Assembly: GCA_964642545.1 (NCBI GenBank)
Contig: CAZXQU010000001.1
Location: forward strand, 37,171-101,170
DNA length: 64,000 bases
Reading direction: 5' to 3'
Origin: an uncultured Prolixibacteraceae bacterium
GTDB taxonomy: Bacteria; Bacteroidota; Bacteroidia; Bacteroidales; FEN-979
Under the pieces are notes generated by a model. It did not search any database. It saw only the letters and a program-made list of their open reading frames with translations, and was not told the origin of the DNA. Position 1 is the first letter of the stretch, and each line of letters opens with the position of its first letter. Shown here one piece after another: positions 17,362 to 26,678 of the stretch. The translations under genes were made by a program, and so were the position numbers.

Positions 17362-18180
17362 ATGACAAAGGATATCAGATCTCTCATTGAGGCAGCCTGG
17401 AATGACCGGGAGATGCTGAAGCATGCGGATACACAACAGGTCATCAGGCTTGTCATCGATCTCCTTGACAAAGGGAAACTTCGGGTTGCAGAGTATACAG
17501 GGGAGGAATGGGTTACTTTCAAGTGGATAAAGAAAGCTGTTATCCTCTATTTCCTTATTCAGAAACTGGAAACTATCCAGGTGGATCCATTCGAATTCTT
17601 CGATAAAATTCCGTTAAAAAAAGATTATGGGAGGCTTGGTGTACGTGTTGTCCCTCCTGCAGTAGCTCGCTACGGCTCCTTCATCGCCGAGGGCGTAGTA
17701 ATGATGCCCTCCTATATTAATATTGGAGCTTACGTCGATAGCGGAACGATGGTTGACACTTGGGCAACCGTAGGTTCCTGCGCTCAGATAGGCAAAAACG
17801 TCCACCTCAGTGGAGGGGTTGGGATTGGTGGTGTTCTGGAACCTATTCAGGCAGCTCCCGTAATTGTGGAAGATGGTTGTTTTATCGGTTCACGCTCCAT
17901 AATTGTTGAGGGGGTTCGTATTGAACGGGAAGCGGTTTTGGGAGCCAATGTCGTTCTTACCTCCTCAACCCGGATCCTAGATGTATCGGGAAGTGAACCT
18001 GTTGAGAGGAGAGGATCTATTCCGGTGCGGTCAGTCGTGATACCCGGTTCTTATACAAAATCCTTCCCTGCCGGAGATTTCCAGGTAGCGTGTGCCCTGA
18101 TCATCGGGAAACGGAAGGCTTCGACTGACCTTAAAACATCGCTGAACCAGGCACTCAGAGAGTTCGACGTTCCGGTATGA
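17362..18180 (+). CDS. dapD: 2,3,4,5-tetrahydropyridine-2,6-dicarboxylate N-succinyltransferase
   Basis: 272 aa. The C-terminal half is a left-handed beta-helix of hexapeptide repeats (GAYVDSGTMVDTWATVGSCAQIGKNVHLSGGVGIGG...). The N-terminal helical domain is DapD-like. Confidence 0.85.
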   Translation: MTKDIRSLIEAAWNDREMLKHADTQQVIRLVIDLLDKGKLRVAEYTGEEWVTFKWIKKAVILYFLIQKLETIQVDPFEFFDKIPLKKDYGRLGVRVVPPAVARYGSFIAEGVVMMPSYINIGAYVDSGTMVDTWATVGSCAQIGKNVHLSGGVGIGGVLEPIQAAPVIVEDGCFIGSRSIIVEGVRIEREAVLGANVVLTSSTRILDVSGSEPVERRGSIPVRSVVIPGSYTKSFPAGDFQVACALIIGKRKASTDLKTSLNQALREFDVPV

Positions 18181-19151
18181 AAAAAATCTTGGTCATTCAA
18201 ACAGCCTCCATCGGAGATGTGATCCTGGCTACAGCTCTTCTGGAGAAGCTGCATCATTTCTATCCGGATGCCCGCATCGATTTCCTGGTAAAAAAAGACA
18301 TGCAATCCCTCTTCAACGGGCATCCATTTATTAACCGGTTGCTCATCTGGGATAAATCAGTAAAATATCGCAGTTTCTTCCGATTAATCAAGGACGTTCG
18401 ATCGGAACGATACGACTTTGCAATCAACATTCAGCGCTTCGCTTTAACCGGTATCCTGACTGCTCTTTCAGGTGCAAAAGCCACTATCGGATTCGATAAA
18501 AACCCCCTCTCATGGGCCTTCAGCAATAGGATACCGCATAAAGTTGGCAATGGGATTCATGAAACCCAACGCAATCAGAGGCTGATCGCTGAGATAACGG
18601 ATGAGAATGTGGAGAAGCCAAAGTTATATCCTGAGAAGATCCAGCATCCAGTATCAGGTATCTATTATACAATTTCCCCTGCATCCCTCTGGTTCACAAA
18701 ACAATATCCTGCCGAACGCTGGGCCGAACTGATCGGGCAGATGTCTGAGGAGGCAATGGTCTACTTGTTGGGATCGAAGGCAGATTTTGAACTCTGTGAA
18801 GAGATACGGGATACGGGATATGGGATACGCGGATCGCGAATCGTGAATCTCGCCGGCCAGCTTTCCCTCCTAGAATCAGCAGCCCTGATGCAGGGTGCGA
18901 GGATGAACTTTACCAACGATTCAGCACCAATGCATCTGGCTTCTGCTGTCAATGCCCCGGTTTCGGCAGTCTATTGTTCCACCACACCTGATTTTGGGTT
19001 TGGCCCCCTCTCCGATAATCGCGCGATTGTTGAGGTTCAGACGGAATTATCCTGCCGACCCTGTGGTTTACATGGTCGAACAAGTTGTCCGGAGGGCCAT
19101 TTCAGATGCGCTGTTGATATAAATATGGAAACCCTAAGATCCCGCCTTTGA
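18177..19151 (+). CDS. glycosyltransferase family 9 (heptosyltransferase-like)
   Basis: It has the N-terminus MKKILVIQTASIGDVILATALLEKL and the motif NDSAPMHLASA. Its ATG overlaps the dapD stop (ATGA). It contains an in-frame heptamer array (18801-18849). Confidence 0.8.
   Translation: MKKILVIQTASIGDVILATALLEKLHHFYPDARIDFLVKKDMQSLFNGHPFINRLLIWDKSVKYRSFFRLIKDVRSERYDFAINIQRFALTGILTALSGAKATIGFDKNPLSWAFSNRIPHKVGNGIHETQRNQRLIAEITDENVEKPKLYPEKIQHPVSGIYYTISPASLWFTKQYPAERWAELIGQMSEEAMVYLLGSKADFELCEEIRDTGYGIRGSRIVNLAGQLSLLESAALMQGARMNFTNDSAPMHLASAVNAPVSAVYCSTTPDFGFGPLSDNRAIVEVQTELSCRPCGLHGRTSCPEGHFRCAVDINMETLRSRL
18801..18849. repeat. morphing heptamer array x7 inside the GT9 gene
   Basis: The units are gagatac gggatac gggatat gggatac gcggatc gcgaatc gtgaatc. 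They encode EIRDTGYGIRGSRIVN in frame. Confidence 0.9.
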
Positions 19152-19200
19152 CAAACCGGGAAATTTATCAACATCGCATGCATGTATCCATAATGTTTCA

Positions 19201-19208
19201 TATATTTG
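19201..19208 (+). promoter_or_regulatory. -7 box for tsaC
   Basis: TATATTTG lies 21 nt upstream of the ATG at 19230. Confidence 0.5.
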
Positions 19209-19229
19209 TAAAAAAGTTCGGGAATTAAG

Positions 19230-19808
19230 ATGCAAGAGCATAGCATGAAACAGGAGATCAGGAATTGTATCGATGTACTTCGGAAAGGTGGAACCATTCT
19301 CTATCCGACAGATACAATCTGGGGTATTGGGTGTGATGCAACCAACATACGAGCGGTACAAAAGGTTTTCAAGATAAAGAAACGCATGGAGAACAAGAGC
19401 CTCATTGTGTTGCTTGATCGCAAAGAGAGTCTTTATAAATACATCGATTCAGTACAAAATATTGCCCTCGACCTTGTTGCAAATGTCACTACCCCATTGA
19501 CCATTATTTATCCCAACGCCAGAAACCTGGCGAAAAATATCATTGCCGATGACGGAACAATTGCCATCAGAGTAGTGCAGTTTGAGTTTTGTAAAAAATT
19601 GATCAGAATGTATGGCAAACCAATTGTATCTACATCCGCCAATATTTCGGGCCAACCTTCTCCTCTAATCTTTAAAAGTATCCCTGAAGAGATCATCAAC
19701 CAGGTTGATTACGTTGTAAACTTTTCAAGGGAAGAGGTTCGGGAGACAAAACCTTCCACCATCATTAGACTGAAAAGTAATGGCGAGTTTGAAATCATCA
19801 GGAAATAA
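19230..19808 (+). CDS. tsaC: L-threonylcarbamoyladenylate synthase (YrdC/TsaC family)
   Basis: YrdC-domain motifs LYPTDTIWGIGCDA and STSANISG are present. The start could be ATG 19245 (MKQEI...). Confidence 0.8.
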   Translation: MQEHSMKQEIRNCIDVLRKGGTILYPTDTIWGIGCDATNIRAVQKVFKIKKRMENKSLIVLLDRKESLYKYIDSVQNIALDLVANVTTPLTIIYPNARNLAKNIIADDGTIAIRVVQFEFCKKLIRMYGKPIVSTSANISGQPSPLIFKSIPEEIINQVDYVVNFSREEVRETKPSTIIRLKSNGEFEIIRK

Positions 19809-19873
19809 CAGCGAATACATATACTATCATCTTTCTGATTTCGTTTTCGAATAGGATTTAACCATGATATCTG

Positions 19874-22222
19874 ATGAAGAGACTTCTTCCTTTGCTAGTT
19901 GTTTTACTGACCTTTTTTCCTTCCTCGTTGATCAAAGCAGAATCTGAACTTACAAAAAAATGGACCATTAGTGGTTCGATACGCGACAAGTCGAACGGGG
20001 AAGACCTGACCGGAGCTACCATCTATATCAGTGAGCTCAATACAGGGACTGTATCAGACTTCTACGGGAACTATTCTCTTACCATCCCTGAAGGTCATTA
20101 TTCGGTTCACTACTCCTTTGTTGGGTTTGAGACAACGACGAAAAAAGTATTTCTTGATAAGAGTATGGTGATACATATTGAGCTGAACCCCTCTTCAGAG
20201 ACACTCAAAGAGGTTGAGATTACCAGTGAACAAGCGAATAAAAATGTAGCACGGCCAGAGATGAGCACCTTCAAGATGGATATCAAGACCATCAAGAGTA
20301 TTCCCTCTCTGATGGGTGAAGTGGATATCATAAAAGCAATCCAGCTTCTGCCTGGAGTCCAGTCGGTAAGCGAAGGTGGAAGTGGTTTCAGTGTTCGGGG
20401 CGGGGCCCCTGACCAGAACCTCATCCTCCTGGATGAATCTACCGTATACAACGCCTCACACCTGATGGGTTTCTTTTCGGTCTTTAACAACGATGCTATC
20501 AAAGATGTAAAACTTTACAAGGGAGACATTCCTCCGATGTATGGCGGACGGCTCTCTTCCGTTCTGGATGTGCGCATGAAGGAGGGAAATTCAAAACGAT
20601 TTGAGGTCACAGGAGGTATCGGGATCATCGCCTCCCGTCTTACTGTTGAGGGGCCTATCTGGAAAGACAGGATTTCATTTGTCGTGTCGGGAAGGCGTAC
20701 CTATGCCGACTTGTTTCTGGCGCTTTCAAGCGAGGAAGCTCTCAAAGACAACAAGCTCTATTTTTATGACCTGAATGCGAAGGTGAACTACCGCATCAAC
20801 GATAACAACCGGCTGTTTATCTCCGGATATTTTGGCAGGGATGTCTTCAAGAACGATTTTGCCAAGATGAGTTGGGGCAATGGTACCGGAACTATCCGAT
20901 GGAACCATCTGTTCAACAAGAGGCTCTTTGCCAATTTCACATTTGTTTACAGCGACTACCGCTATATGCTTGGTACACCCGACGGGACTACCTCCTCTTT
21001 TGAGTGGAATTCGAATTTGCGGGATGCCGGCTTTAAAGGTGATTTAAGCTATTACCTCAATACGAACAATACCCTCCATTTCGGGGTTTCAGGAATTTAC
21101 CATATGATCAACCCCGGCGTTGCGGGAGGGACAGGAAGTGAATCTTCGTATACAGAGGTCAAAGTACCTGATAACTACTCCCTTGAAACAGGTATTTATG
21201 TCAGCAATGAACAAAAGGTTGGTGAACACTGGACATTTAAATATGGTTTGCGTTTCTCGATGTTCCAGAATGTAGGACCCGGAACGGTTTTCAATTATGA
21301 CTCACTCTACAATCCGATCGACTCGACCGTTTATCCATCTGGTGAGTTCTACAACACTTACATCGGGATAGAGCCCAGGATAGGAATATTATACACCTTC
21401 AACGAAATTTCATCTATCAAGGCTAGTTACTCCCGTACCAACCAATACTTACAATTGGCGCAGAACTCTACAGCAGGCACTCCGCTCGACATCTGGTTTC
21501 CGGCCAGTCCCAATGTGAAGCCACAGATAGCCGACCAGGGAGCTCTGGGGTATTTCCGGAATTTTCGTCGAAATACCATTGAAACATCTGTTGAAGTCTA
21601 TTACAAACACATGAATCATGTGATCGACTTCAAGGATTTTGCCGAACTGCTTCTGAATGATAAGCTTGAGGGAGAAATCAGGGAAGGAAAGGGATGGTCA
21701 TATGGTGCCGAGTTCCTGGTACGTTTAAGTGAGAAGAAATGGGGTGGATGGGTTAGTTATACCCTATCAAGAAGCATGCGGAAAATTCCGGAAATCAACA
21801 ATGGCAACCCCTACCCTGCCCCTTATGACAAGCCTCATAACGTGGCGATTGTCGCAAATTACCAGTTTCTCCCACGCTGGTCGGTTTCTGCAAACTGGGT
21901 ATATGCAACGGGGAACCCGGTAACTTTCCCCACAGGCCGGGCTGAGATTGGTGGAAAGGTAATCCCAATTTACAGCGACAGAAATGCCTACAGGTATCAG
22001 GATTATCATCGCCTCGACATGTCAATTACATTCTACTCTAAAGTTAAAGAGGGAAAACGGTTCAAGTGGGATATCAATGTCTCTGCTTACAATGTGTATA
22101 ACCGTCATAACACCTGGTCCATCAACTTTGTACAGGATAATGAGGACCCGAATGTTACCTATGCCGAAAAAATTTATCTCTTTGGAATTGTTCCATCCGT
22201 CACATTTAACTTCCATTTTTAA
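19874..22222 (+). CDS. TonB-dependent receptor with a carboxypeptidase-regulatory-like N-domain
   Basis: A signal peptide is followed by a CarboxypepD_reg-like domain (ISGSIRDK..GEDLTGATIY...GNYSL), a plug region (IQLLPGVQS) and a long beta-barrel ending in ...VTFNFHF. Confidence 0.85.
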   Translation: MKRLLPLLVVLLTFFPSSLIKAESELTKKWTISGSIRDKSNGEDLTGATIYISELNTGTVSDFYGNYSLTIPEGHYSVHYSFVGFETTTKKVFLDKSMVIHIELNPSSETLKEVEITSEQANKNVARPEMSTFKMDIKTIKSIPSLMGEVDIIKAIQLLPGVQSVSEGGSGFSVRGGAPDQNLILLDESTVYNASHLMGFFSVFNNDAIKDVKLYKGDIPPMYGGRLSSVLDVRMKEGNSKRFEVTGGIGIIASRLTVEGPIWKDRISFVVSGRRTYADLFLALSSEEALKDNKLYFYDLNAKVNYRINDNNRLFISGYFGRDVFKNDFAKMSWGNGTGTIRWNHLFNKRLFANFTFVYSDYRYMLGTPDGTTSSFEWNSNLRDAGFKGDLSYYLNTNNTLHFGVSGIYHMINPGVAGGTGSESSYTEVKVPDNYSLETGIYVSNEQKVGEHWTFKYGLRFSMFQNVGPGTVFNYDSLYNPIDSTVYPSGEFYNTYIGIEPRIGILYTFNEISSIKASYSRTNQYLQLAQNSTAGTPLDIWFPASPNVKPQIADQGALGYFRNFRRNTIETSVEVYYKHMNHVIDFKDFAELLLNDKLEGEIREGKGWSYGAEFLVRLSEKKWGGWVSYTLSRSMRKIPEINNGNPYPAPYDKPHNVAIVANYQFLPRWSVSANWVYATGNPVTFPTGRAEIGGKVIPIYSDRNAYRYQDYHRLDMSITFYSKVKEGKRFKWDINVSAYNVYNRHNTWSINFVQDNEDPNVTYAEKIYLFGIVPSVTFNFHF

Positions 22223-22235
22223 TGCTTCCCTATAA

Positions 22236-23081
22236 ATGAAACGACTTATAATCTATTTACTGCTCCTTGTCATTGTCGCAGCAGCCTGTACTGAACGGAT
22301 TGAGTTGAATCTGGATGAGACCTATACACGATTGGTGGTTGATGGTGACATATCGAATGATACGGGCAGCTACCAGGTTACCCTGAGCAAAACAGCCGAC
22401 TATTTCTACAACGAACCAGCTCCACGTGTTGTCAATGCTACCGTCAGTTTGAACAATGACTCAGATTCCTATCTCCTTCACGAAACTGAGCCAGGAATAT
22501 CCGGGATCTATGAGACCGATTCATCGTTTTATGGGATCATTGGAGAGACATATACCCTCGACATCGATCTGGATCAACCAATCGATAATGAGACCAATTA
22601 CACATCCTCGTGCAAGATGATGAATGTGGCCCGCCTTGATTCCATCCAGGTAGTATTTCAGACAGATTGGGGCCCTAAAGGCATCTGGGAGATCAGAGTT
22701 TTTGCCCAGGAACCCGGAGATGAAGTCAATTATTACATGTTCCGATACTACCGGAACGACACACTGATGAGCGATTCGATCTGGAAAGTAGAAATATCTG
22801 ATGATAAGTATATCAACGGCGGCTACATCAATGGACTTACAGCGATCTATATCAATAACGAAAATCCATGGGAGACATTTAAACCAGGCGATAAAGTAAC
22901 TCTCCAAATGTCGGGAATCACCAAAGAGTATTACGATTTTATTTACCAGGTGAAACTCTCGGGATTCAACATCCCTTTCTTTACCGGCCCTCCAGCCAAC
23001 GTTCAGGGCAATATAAGCAATGGGGGGATTGGGTTCTTCTCAGCTTATTCCAATACGTGGGGGAGTACGATTGTGAAATAG
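22236..23081 (+). CDS. DUF4249-like lipoprotein (TonB-dependent receptor partner)
   Basis: It has a lipoprotein signal (VAAAC) and lies 13 nt downstream of the TonB-dependent receptor. The family assignment is from the remembered TBDR+DUF4249 pairing and is not verified. Confidence 0.6.
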   Translation: MKRLIIYLLLLVIVAAACTERIELNLDETYTRLVVDGDISNDTGSYQVTLSKTADYFYNEPAPRVVNATVSLNNDSDSYLLHETEPGISGIYETDSSFYGIIGETYTLDIDLDQPIDNETNYTSSCKMMNVARLDSIQVVFQTDWGPKGIWEIRVFAQEPGDEVNYYMFRYYRNDTLMSDSIWKVEISDDKYINGGYINGLTAIYINNENPWETFKPGDKVTLQMSGITKEYYDFIYQVKLSGFNIPFFTGPPANVQGNISNGGIGFFSAYSNTWGSTIVK

Positions 23082-23112
23082 CGAAATAGCGAAATAGCGA
23101 AATAGCGAAAAT
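23073..23112. repeat. octamer array (GCGAAATA) x5 after the DUF4249 gene
   Basis: The units are gtgaaata, gcgaaata x3, gcgaaaat. The TAG stop codon (23079-23081) is formed across the unit 1/2 junction. Confidence 0.95.
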
Positions 23113-23117
23113 TGAAC

Positions 23118-23125
23118 TATTTTTG
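23118..23125 (+). promoter_or_regulatory. -7 box for purB
   Basis: TATTTTTG lies 22 nt upstream of the ATG at 23148. This supports the trimmed purB start. Confidence 0.5.
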
Positions 23126-23147
23126 GGAATCTTTAATAATTCCTGAT

Positions 23148-24497
23148 ATGGATACTTCGCTATTTGCAATTTCTCCGGTTGACGGTCGTTATCGTAAATC
23201 TGTTGAGAAACTCTCCGATTATTTTTCTGAAGCCGCTATCATTCGCTACCGTGTGTGGGTTGAAGTAGAGTATTTCATCGCCCTGTGCGGCATCCCTTTA
23301 CCTCAGCTGAATACGTTCAATAAACGGGATTTTGCCAAGCTCCGGAAACTCTATAAAAATTTCATGCCCGAAGATGCCGTTCGGGTTAAAGCTATTGAAA
23401 CAGAGACCAACCATGATGTAAAAGCCATTGAGTATTTCGTGAAAGAGCGTTTCGATCAGTTGGGACTCGGAACCTACAAAGAGTTTATCCACTTAGGACT
23501 CACTTCTCAGGACATCAACAATAACGCGTTCACCATGGCGATGCGGGACGCTTGGGAAGAGATCCTGGAACCGGTGCTTACAGAGGTACATTATAACCTC
23601 CTTTATAAAAGCGCCGACTGGCAGCAGGTCCCCATGCTGGCGCATACCCATGGGCAACCTGCCTCTCCGACGACAGTAGGCAAAGAGCTTTATGTTTTTG
23701 TGGAGAGACTTTCCCAGCAGATGGCATTGCTGGAGACTATCCCCTTCTCAGGAAAATTTGGAGGCGCCACAGGGAATTTCAATGCCCATGCAGTAGCCTT
23801 CCCCAAGGTCGACTGGGCAAAATTTGCCAACCGGTTTGTGTTTGACAGCCTGAGGTTGGAACGGCTTCAAACCACAACGCAGATCGATCACTACGATAAT
23901 ATGGCAGCCTTTTTTGATAACCTGAAACGCATCAATACGATTCTGATTGACCTGGATCGGGATATCTGGAGTTATATTTCGATGGAGTATTTCAAGCAGA
24001 AGGTAAAGAAGACGGAGACAGGCTCCTCCACCATGCCACACAAAGTAAATCCAATCGATTTTGAAAACTCCGAAGGTAACCTTGGTGTTGCCAATGCCAT
24101 GTTCGAATTCCTTTCGGCCAAACTACCCATCTCCCGCCTGCAGCGTGACCTTACCGACTCTACAGTAATCCGCAACATCGGAGTTCCCATGGCACATATG
24201 ATGATCGGACTGAGATCCCTTCTCAAGGGACTTGACAAACTTATCTTAAATGAGAAAAAACTCAAACAAGATCTGAACGGCAACTGGGCTGTAGTTTCTG
24301 AAGCTATTCAAACCATCCTGCGACGCGACGGGTATCCAAACCCTTACGAAGCGTTGAAAGAGTTGACCCGCGGAAAATCCGCTATCACCCAGAAAACCCT
24401 CCATACATTCATCGATGGACTCAAGATCAAAAAGAGCCTGAAGGATGAGTTGAAACGAATTTCACCAGAAAATTACATCGGGATTATCAAGCTATAA
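23148..24497 (+). CDS. purB: adenylosuccinate lyase
   Basis: It has the fumarate-lyase signature GSSTMPHKVNPIDFEN and the N-terminus SPVDGRYR. The start is trimmed to ATG 23148 (MDTSLFAISPVDGRY). Confidence 0.92.
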   Translation: MDTSLFAISPVDGRYRKSVEKLSDYFSEAAIIRYRVWVEVEYFIALCGIPLPQLNTFNKRDFAKLRKLYKNFMPEDAVRVKAIETETNHDVKAIEYFVKERFDQLGLGTYKEFIHLGLTSQDINNNAFTMAMRDAWEEILEPVLTEVHYNLLYKSADWQQVPMLAHTHGQPASPTTVGKELYVFVERLSQQMALLETIPFSGKFGGATGNFNAHAVAFPKVDWAKFANRFVFDSLRLERLQTTTQIDHYDNMAAFFDNLKRINTILIDLDRDIWSYISMEYFKQKVKKTETGSSTMPHKVNPIDFENSEGNLGVANAMFEFLSAKLPISRLQRDLTDSTVIRNIGVPMAHMMIGLRSLLKGLDKLILNEKKLKQDLNGNWAVVSEAIQTILRRDGYPNPYEALKELTRGKSAITQKTLHTFIDGLKIKKSLKDELKRISPENYIGIIKL

Positions 24498-24519
24498 CAA
24501 ATATCCAATATACTTCCAA

Positions 24520-24556
24520 CCTACAGCCTAAAAGCCTAACAGCCTACAGCCTAATC
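24520..24556. repeat. 7/8-nt array (CCTACAG / CCTAACAG) x5 abutting the GT2 start codon
   Basis: The units are cctacag cctaaaag cctaacag cctacag cctaatc, followed immediately by the ATG at 24557. Confidence 0.9.
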
Positions 24557-25432
24557 ATGAAAGTCTCCGGTTTCACCATCGTTCGGAATGCCATCAAATA
24601 CGACTACCCGGTTGTGGAATCGATTCGCTCCATCCTGCCCTTCTGTGATGAAGTAGTAGTAGCAGTGGGGAACTCTGATGATGGCACGCGCGACCTGGTT
24701 GCCTCTATCGATCCGAATCGGATCCGCATCATTGATACCATTTGGGATGAATCTCTGCGGGAGGGAGGAGTTGTACTGGCTTCAGAGACAAACAAAGCTC
24801 TGGCTGCGGTTTCAAAAGATGCTGACTGGGCGTTTTACATTCAGGCCGACGAGGTAGTCCACGAATCATGTATGGGCCAGATCAGAGCGGGGATGGAAAG
24901 ATGGGAAGGGAATCCCGAAGTGGAAGGCCTCATTTTCAACTACCTGCACTTTTGGGGATCCTACGACTGGGTTGGCGACTCACGAAAATGGTATCGCCGG
25001 GAGGTGAGAATCATTCGGCCTCACAGGGGGATCAATTCGTTTAAAGATGCACAAGGATTTAGAATTGGCAGCAGGAAAATCAGGGTTAAACCAATCGATG
25101 CATGGATCTATCATTACGGATGGGTCAAACCACCCGGCGCTCAGCAGGCCAAACAGCAAGAGTTTCATAAATTCTGGCATGATGAAGGATGGATCCGTGA
25201 AAATATATCCCCGGATGAGGAGTTCGATTATTCGATTATCAACGCGCTTAGTCACTTCATCGGAGAACATCCTGCATTGATGCAGAACCGTATCGCAAAA
25301 CAAAACTGGAAGTTTGAACCCAAACCGGATGTCAAACCACTGAGTCTTCGCCACCAGCTGCTCGACCGAATCGAGAAGGTCACCGGTTGGAGGATCGGGG
25401 AGTTCAGGAACTACAGGCTGATTTCCGATTAA
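24557..25432 (+). CDS. glycosyltransferase family 2-like
   Basis: The N-terminus MKVSGFTIVRNAIKYDYPVVESI...CDEVVVAVGNSDDGT is typical of GT-A fold GT2-type enzymes. It also has a DxD-like QADE motif. Confidence 0.7.
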   Translation: MKVSGFTIVRNAIKYDYPVVESIRSILPFCDEVVVAVGNSDDGTRDLVASIDPNRIRIIDTIWDESLREGGVVLASETNKALAAVSKDADWAFYIQADEVVHESCMGQIRAGMERWEGNPEVEGLIFNYLHFWGSYDWVGDSRKWYRREVRIIRPHRGINSFKDAQGFRIGSRKIRVKPIDAWIYHYGWVKPPGAQQAKQQEFHKFWHDEGWIRENISPDEEFDYSIINALSHFIGEHPALMQNRIAKQNWKFEPKPDVKPLSLRHQLLDRIEKVTGWRIGEFRNYRLISD

Positions 25433-25452
25433 ATCGTCATCACTTTTTTTTG

Positions 25453-25460
25453 TACTTTTG
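25453..25460 (+). promoter_or_regulatory. -7 box for the DUF5606-like gene
   Basis: TACTTTTG lies 15 nt upstream of the ATG at 25476. Confidence 0.5.
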
Positions 25461-25475
25461 TAAAAAATCACTGCT

Positions 25476-25928
25476 ATGGACCTGAGCAAGATCTTATCCA
25501 TCTCTGGAAGAGCTGGTCTTTTTAAAGTTATATCACAAGCGAAAAATGCTGTCATCGTTGAGTCGTTGATCGACCAGAAACGAATTCCTGCATTTGGTCA
25601 TGAAAAGATGAGTTCACTGGAGGAGATTAGTGTATTCTCTACCGGGGAAGACATACTCCTGAAGGATATCTTCAGAAAGATGCATGACAATTTAAAGGAG
25701 AACGAGACTATTGATCCAAAATCAGACAATAAGATCCTACAGGAATTCTTTCTTGAGGTGATCCCTGAATACGACCAGGAGCGGGTCTATCCATCAGATA
25801 TCAGGAAAATTCTGAACTGGTATAATCTTTTGCTTGCAAACCAACTTCTTGATTTCTCTGATGAAGAGGAAAAAACTTCTTCAGAAGAGGAGAAAACTAT
25901 TGAAGAGGGTGCGGCAAAAAGTGATTAA
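25476..25928 (+). CDS. DUF5606-like protein with an acidic tail
   Basis: The N-terminus LSKILSISGRAGLFKVISQAKNAVIVESL matches my memory of DUF5606. The C-terminus is acidic (SDEEEKTSSEEEKTIEEG). Confidence 0.55.
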   Translation: MDLSKILSISGRAGLFKVISQAKNAVIVESLIDQKRIPAFGHEKMSSLEEISVFSTGEDILLKDIFRKMHDNLKENETIDPKSDNKILQEFFLEVIPEYDQERVYPSDIRKILNWYNLLLANQLLDFSDEEEKTSSEEEKTIEEGAAKSD

Positions 25929-25933
25929 TTGAC

Positions 25934-25941
25934 TATCTTTG
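25934..25941 (+). promoter_or_regulatory. -7 box for the PEGA-like gene
   Basis: TATCTTTG lies 41 nt upstream of the ATG at 25983. Confidence 0.45.
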
Positions 25942-25982
25942 AATGTTTAATCAAGTAAAACAAAATCATTAAATTAATAAAT

Positions 25983-26663
25983 ATGAAAACAAAATTCGCT
26001 TTACCCTTAATTCTTGTTGTCCTGCTCATCATCCTGAGTGGTGCTGATGCCATGGCCGGCAAGAAAAAAATGCATTTTGTCGCCTCAGAATCAGATGCTA
26101 AAATTTTTGTTGATGGGCGGTTGATGGGATCAGGACAATTGGATATCATTGTTCCATCTTATGCCTGCATCGTTATAAGAGTAGAAAAAGTTGGTTACCT
26201 GACAGAGAATATCGAATTCTGCAACAAACCCGACTTCTCCCCACCCCCAAAGAATTACAGTTTGATGATGCAAAAAGACGATGCCTTTGATGCATCAGAA
26301 GCTACAGATGTGGCCAATATTGATCTTGAGATCAAAACGGACAAACCTGAGTTAGAGGCATGGCAGCTTCTAAGCCAGATCATTACCTCCTACTTTGATG
26401 TAATTGAGGTAACCGACCGCGAAACAGGATATTTAAGAACAGCATGGACTGTGCAAACCTTTAAGAAGAACACAATCCGTACACGAATGATTGTTAAACT
26501 CGGGAACACAACCCCCCTATCCTATAAGATTAAGCTTGTTAGCGAAGAATCTCAGAGTCCTCAAACAAGTGTGAAAAGCGATGAACTTTTTCGTGAATGG
26601 GATCGCGTTTTGAGAAAATACAAAGAGGTTGTATTTGAGTGCCAGTCACGTTTGGCCTACTAA
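25983..26663 (+). CDS. secreted PEGA-like domain protein, function unknown
   Basis: A signal peptide is followed by a PEGA-like segment (SESDAKIFVDGRLMGSGQLDIIVPS...VEKVGYL). The remainder is unassigned. Confidence 0.5.
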   Translation: MKTKFALPLILVVLLIILSGADAMAGKKKMHFVASESDAKIFVDGRLMGSGQLDIIVPSYACIVIRVEKVGYLTENIEFCNKPDFSPPPKNYSLMMQKDDAFDASEATDVANIDLEIKTDKPELEAWQLLSQIITSYFDVIEVTDRETGYLRTAWTVQTFKKNTIRTRMIVKLGNTTPLSYKIKLVSEESQSPQTSVKSDELFREWDRVLRKYKEVVFECQSRLAY

Positions 26664-26678
26664 CTGTGAAATAACTGC

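Noticed and set aside
19835-19855. gatttcg ttttcga ataggat upstream of the TonB-dependent receptor, as a possible TATTTCG-family array.
   Set aside because: It has two imperfect units only, which is indistinguishable from chance in AT-rich sequence.
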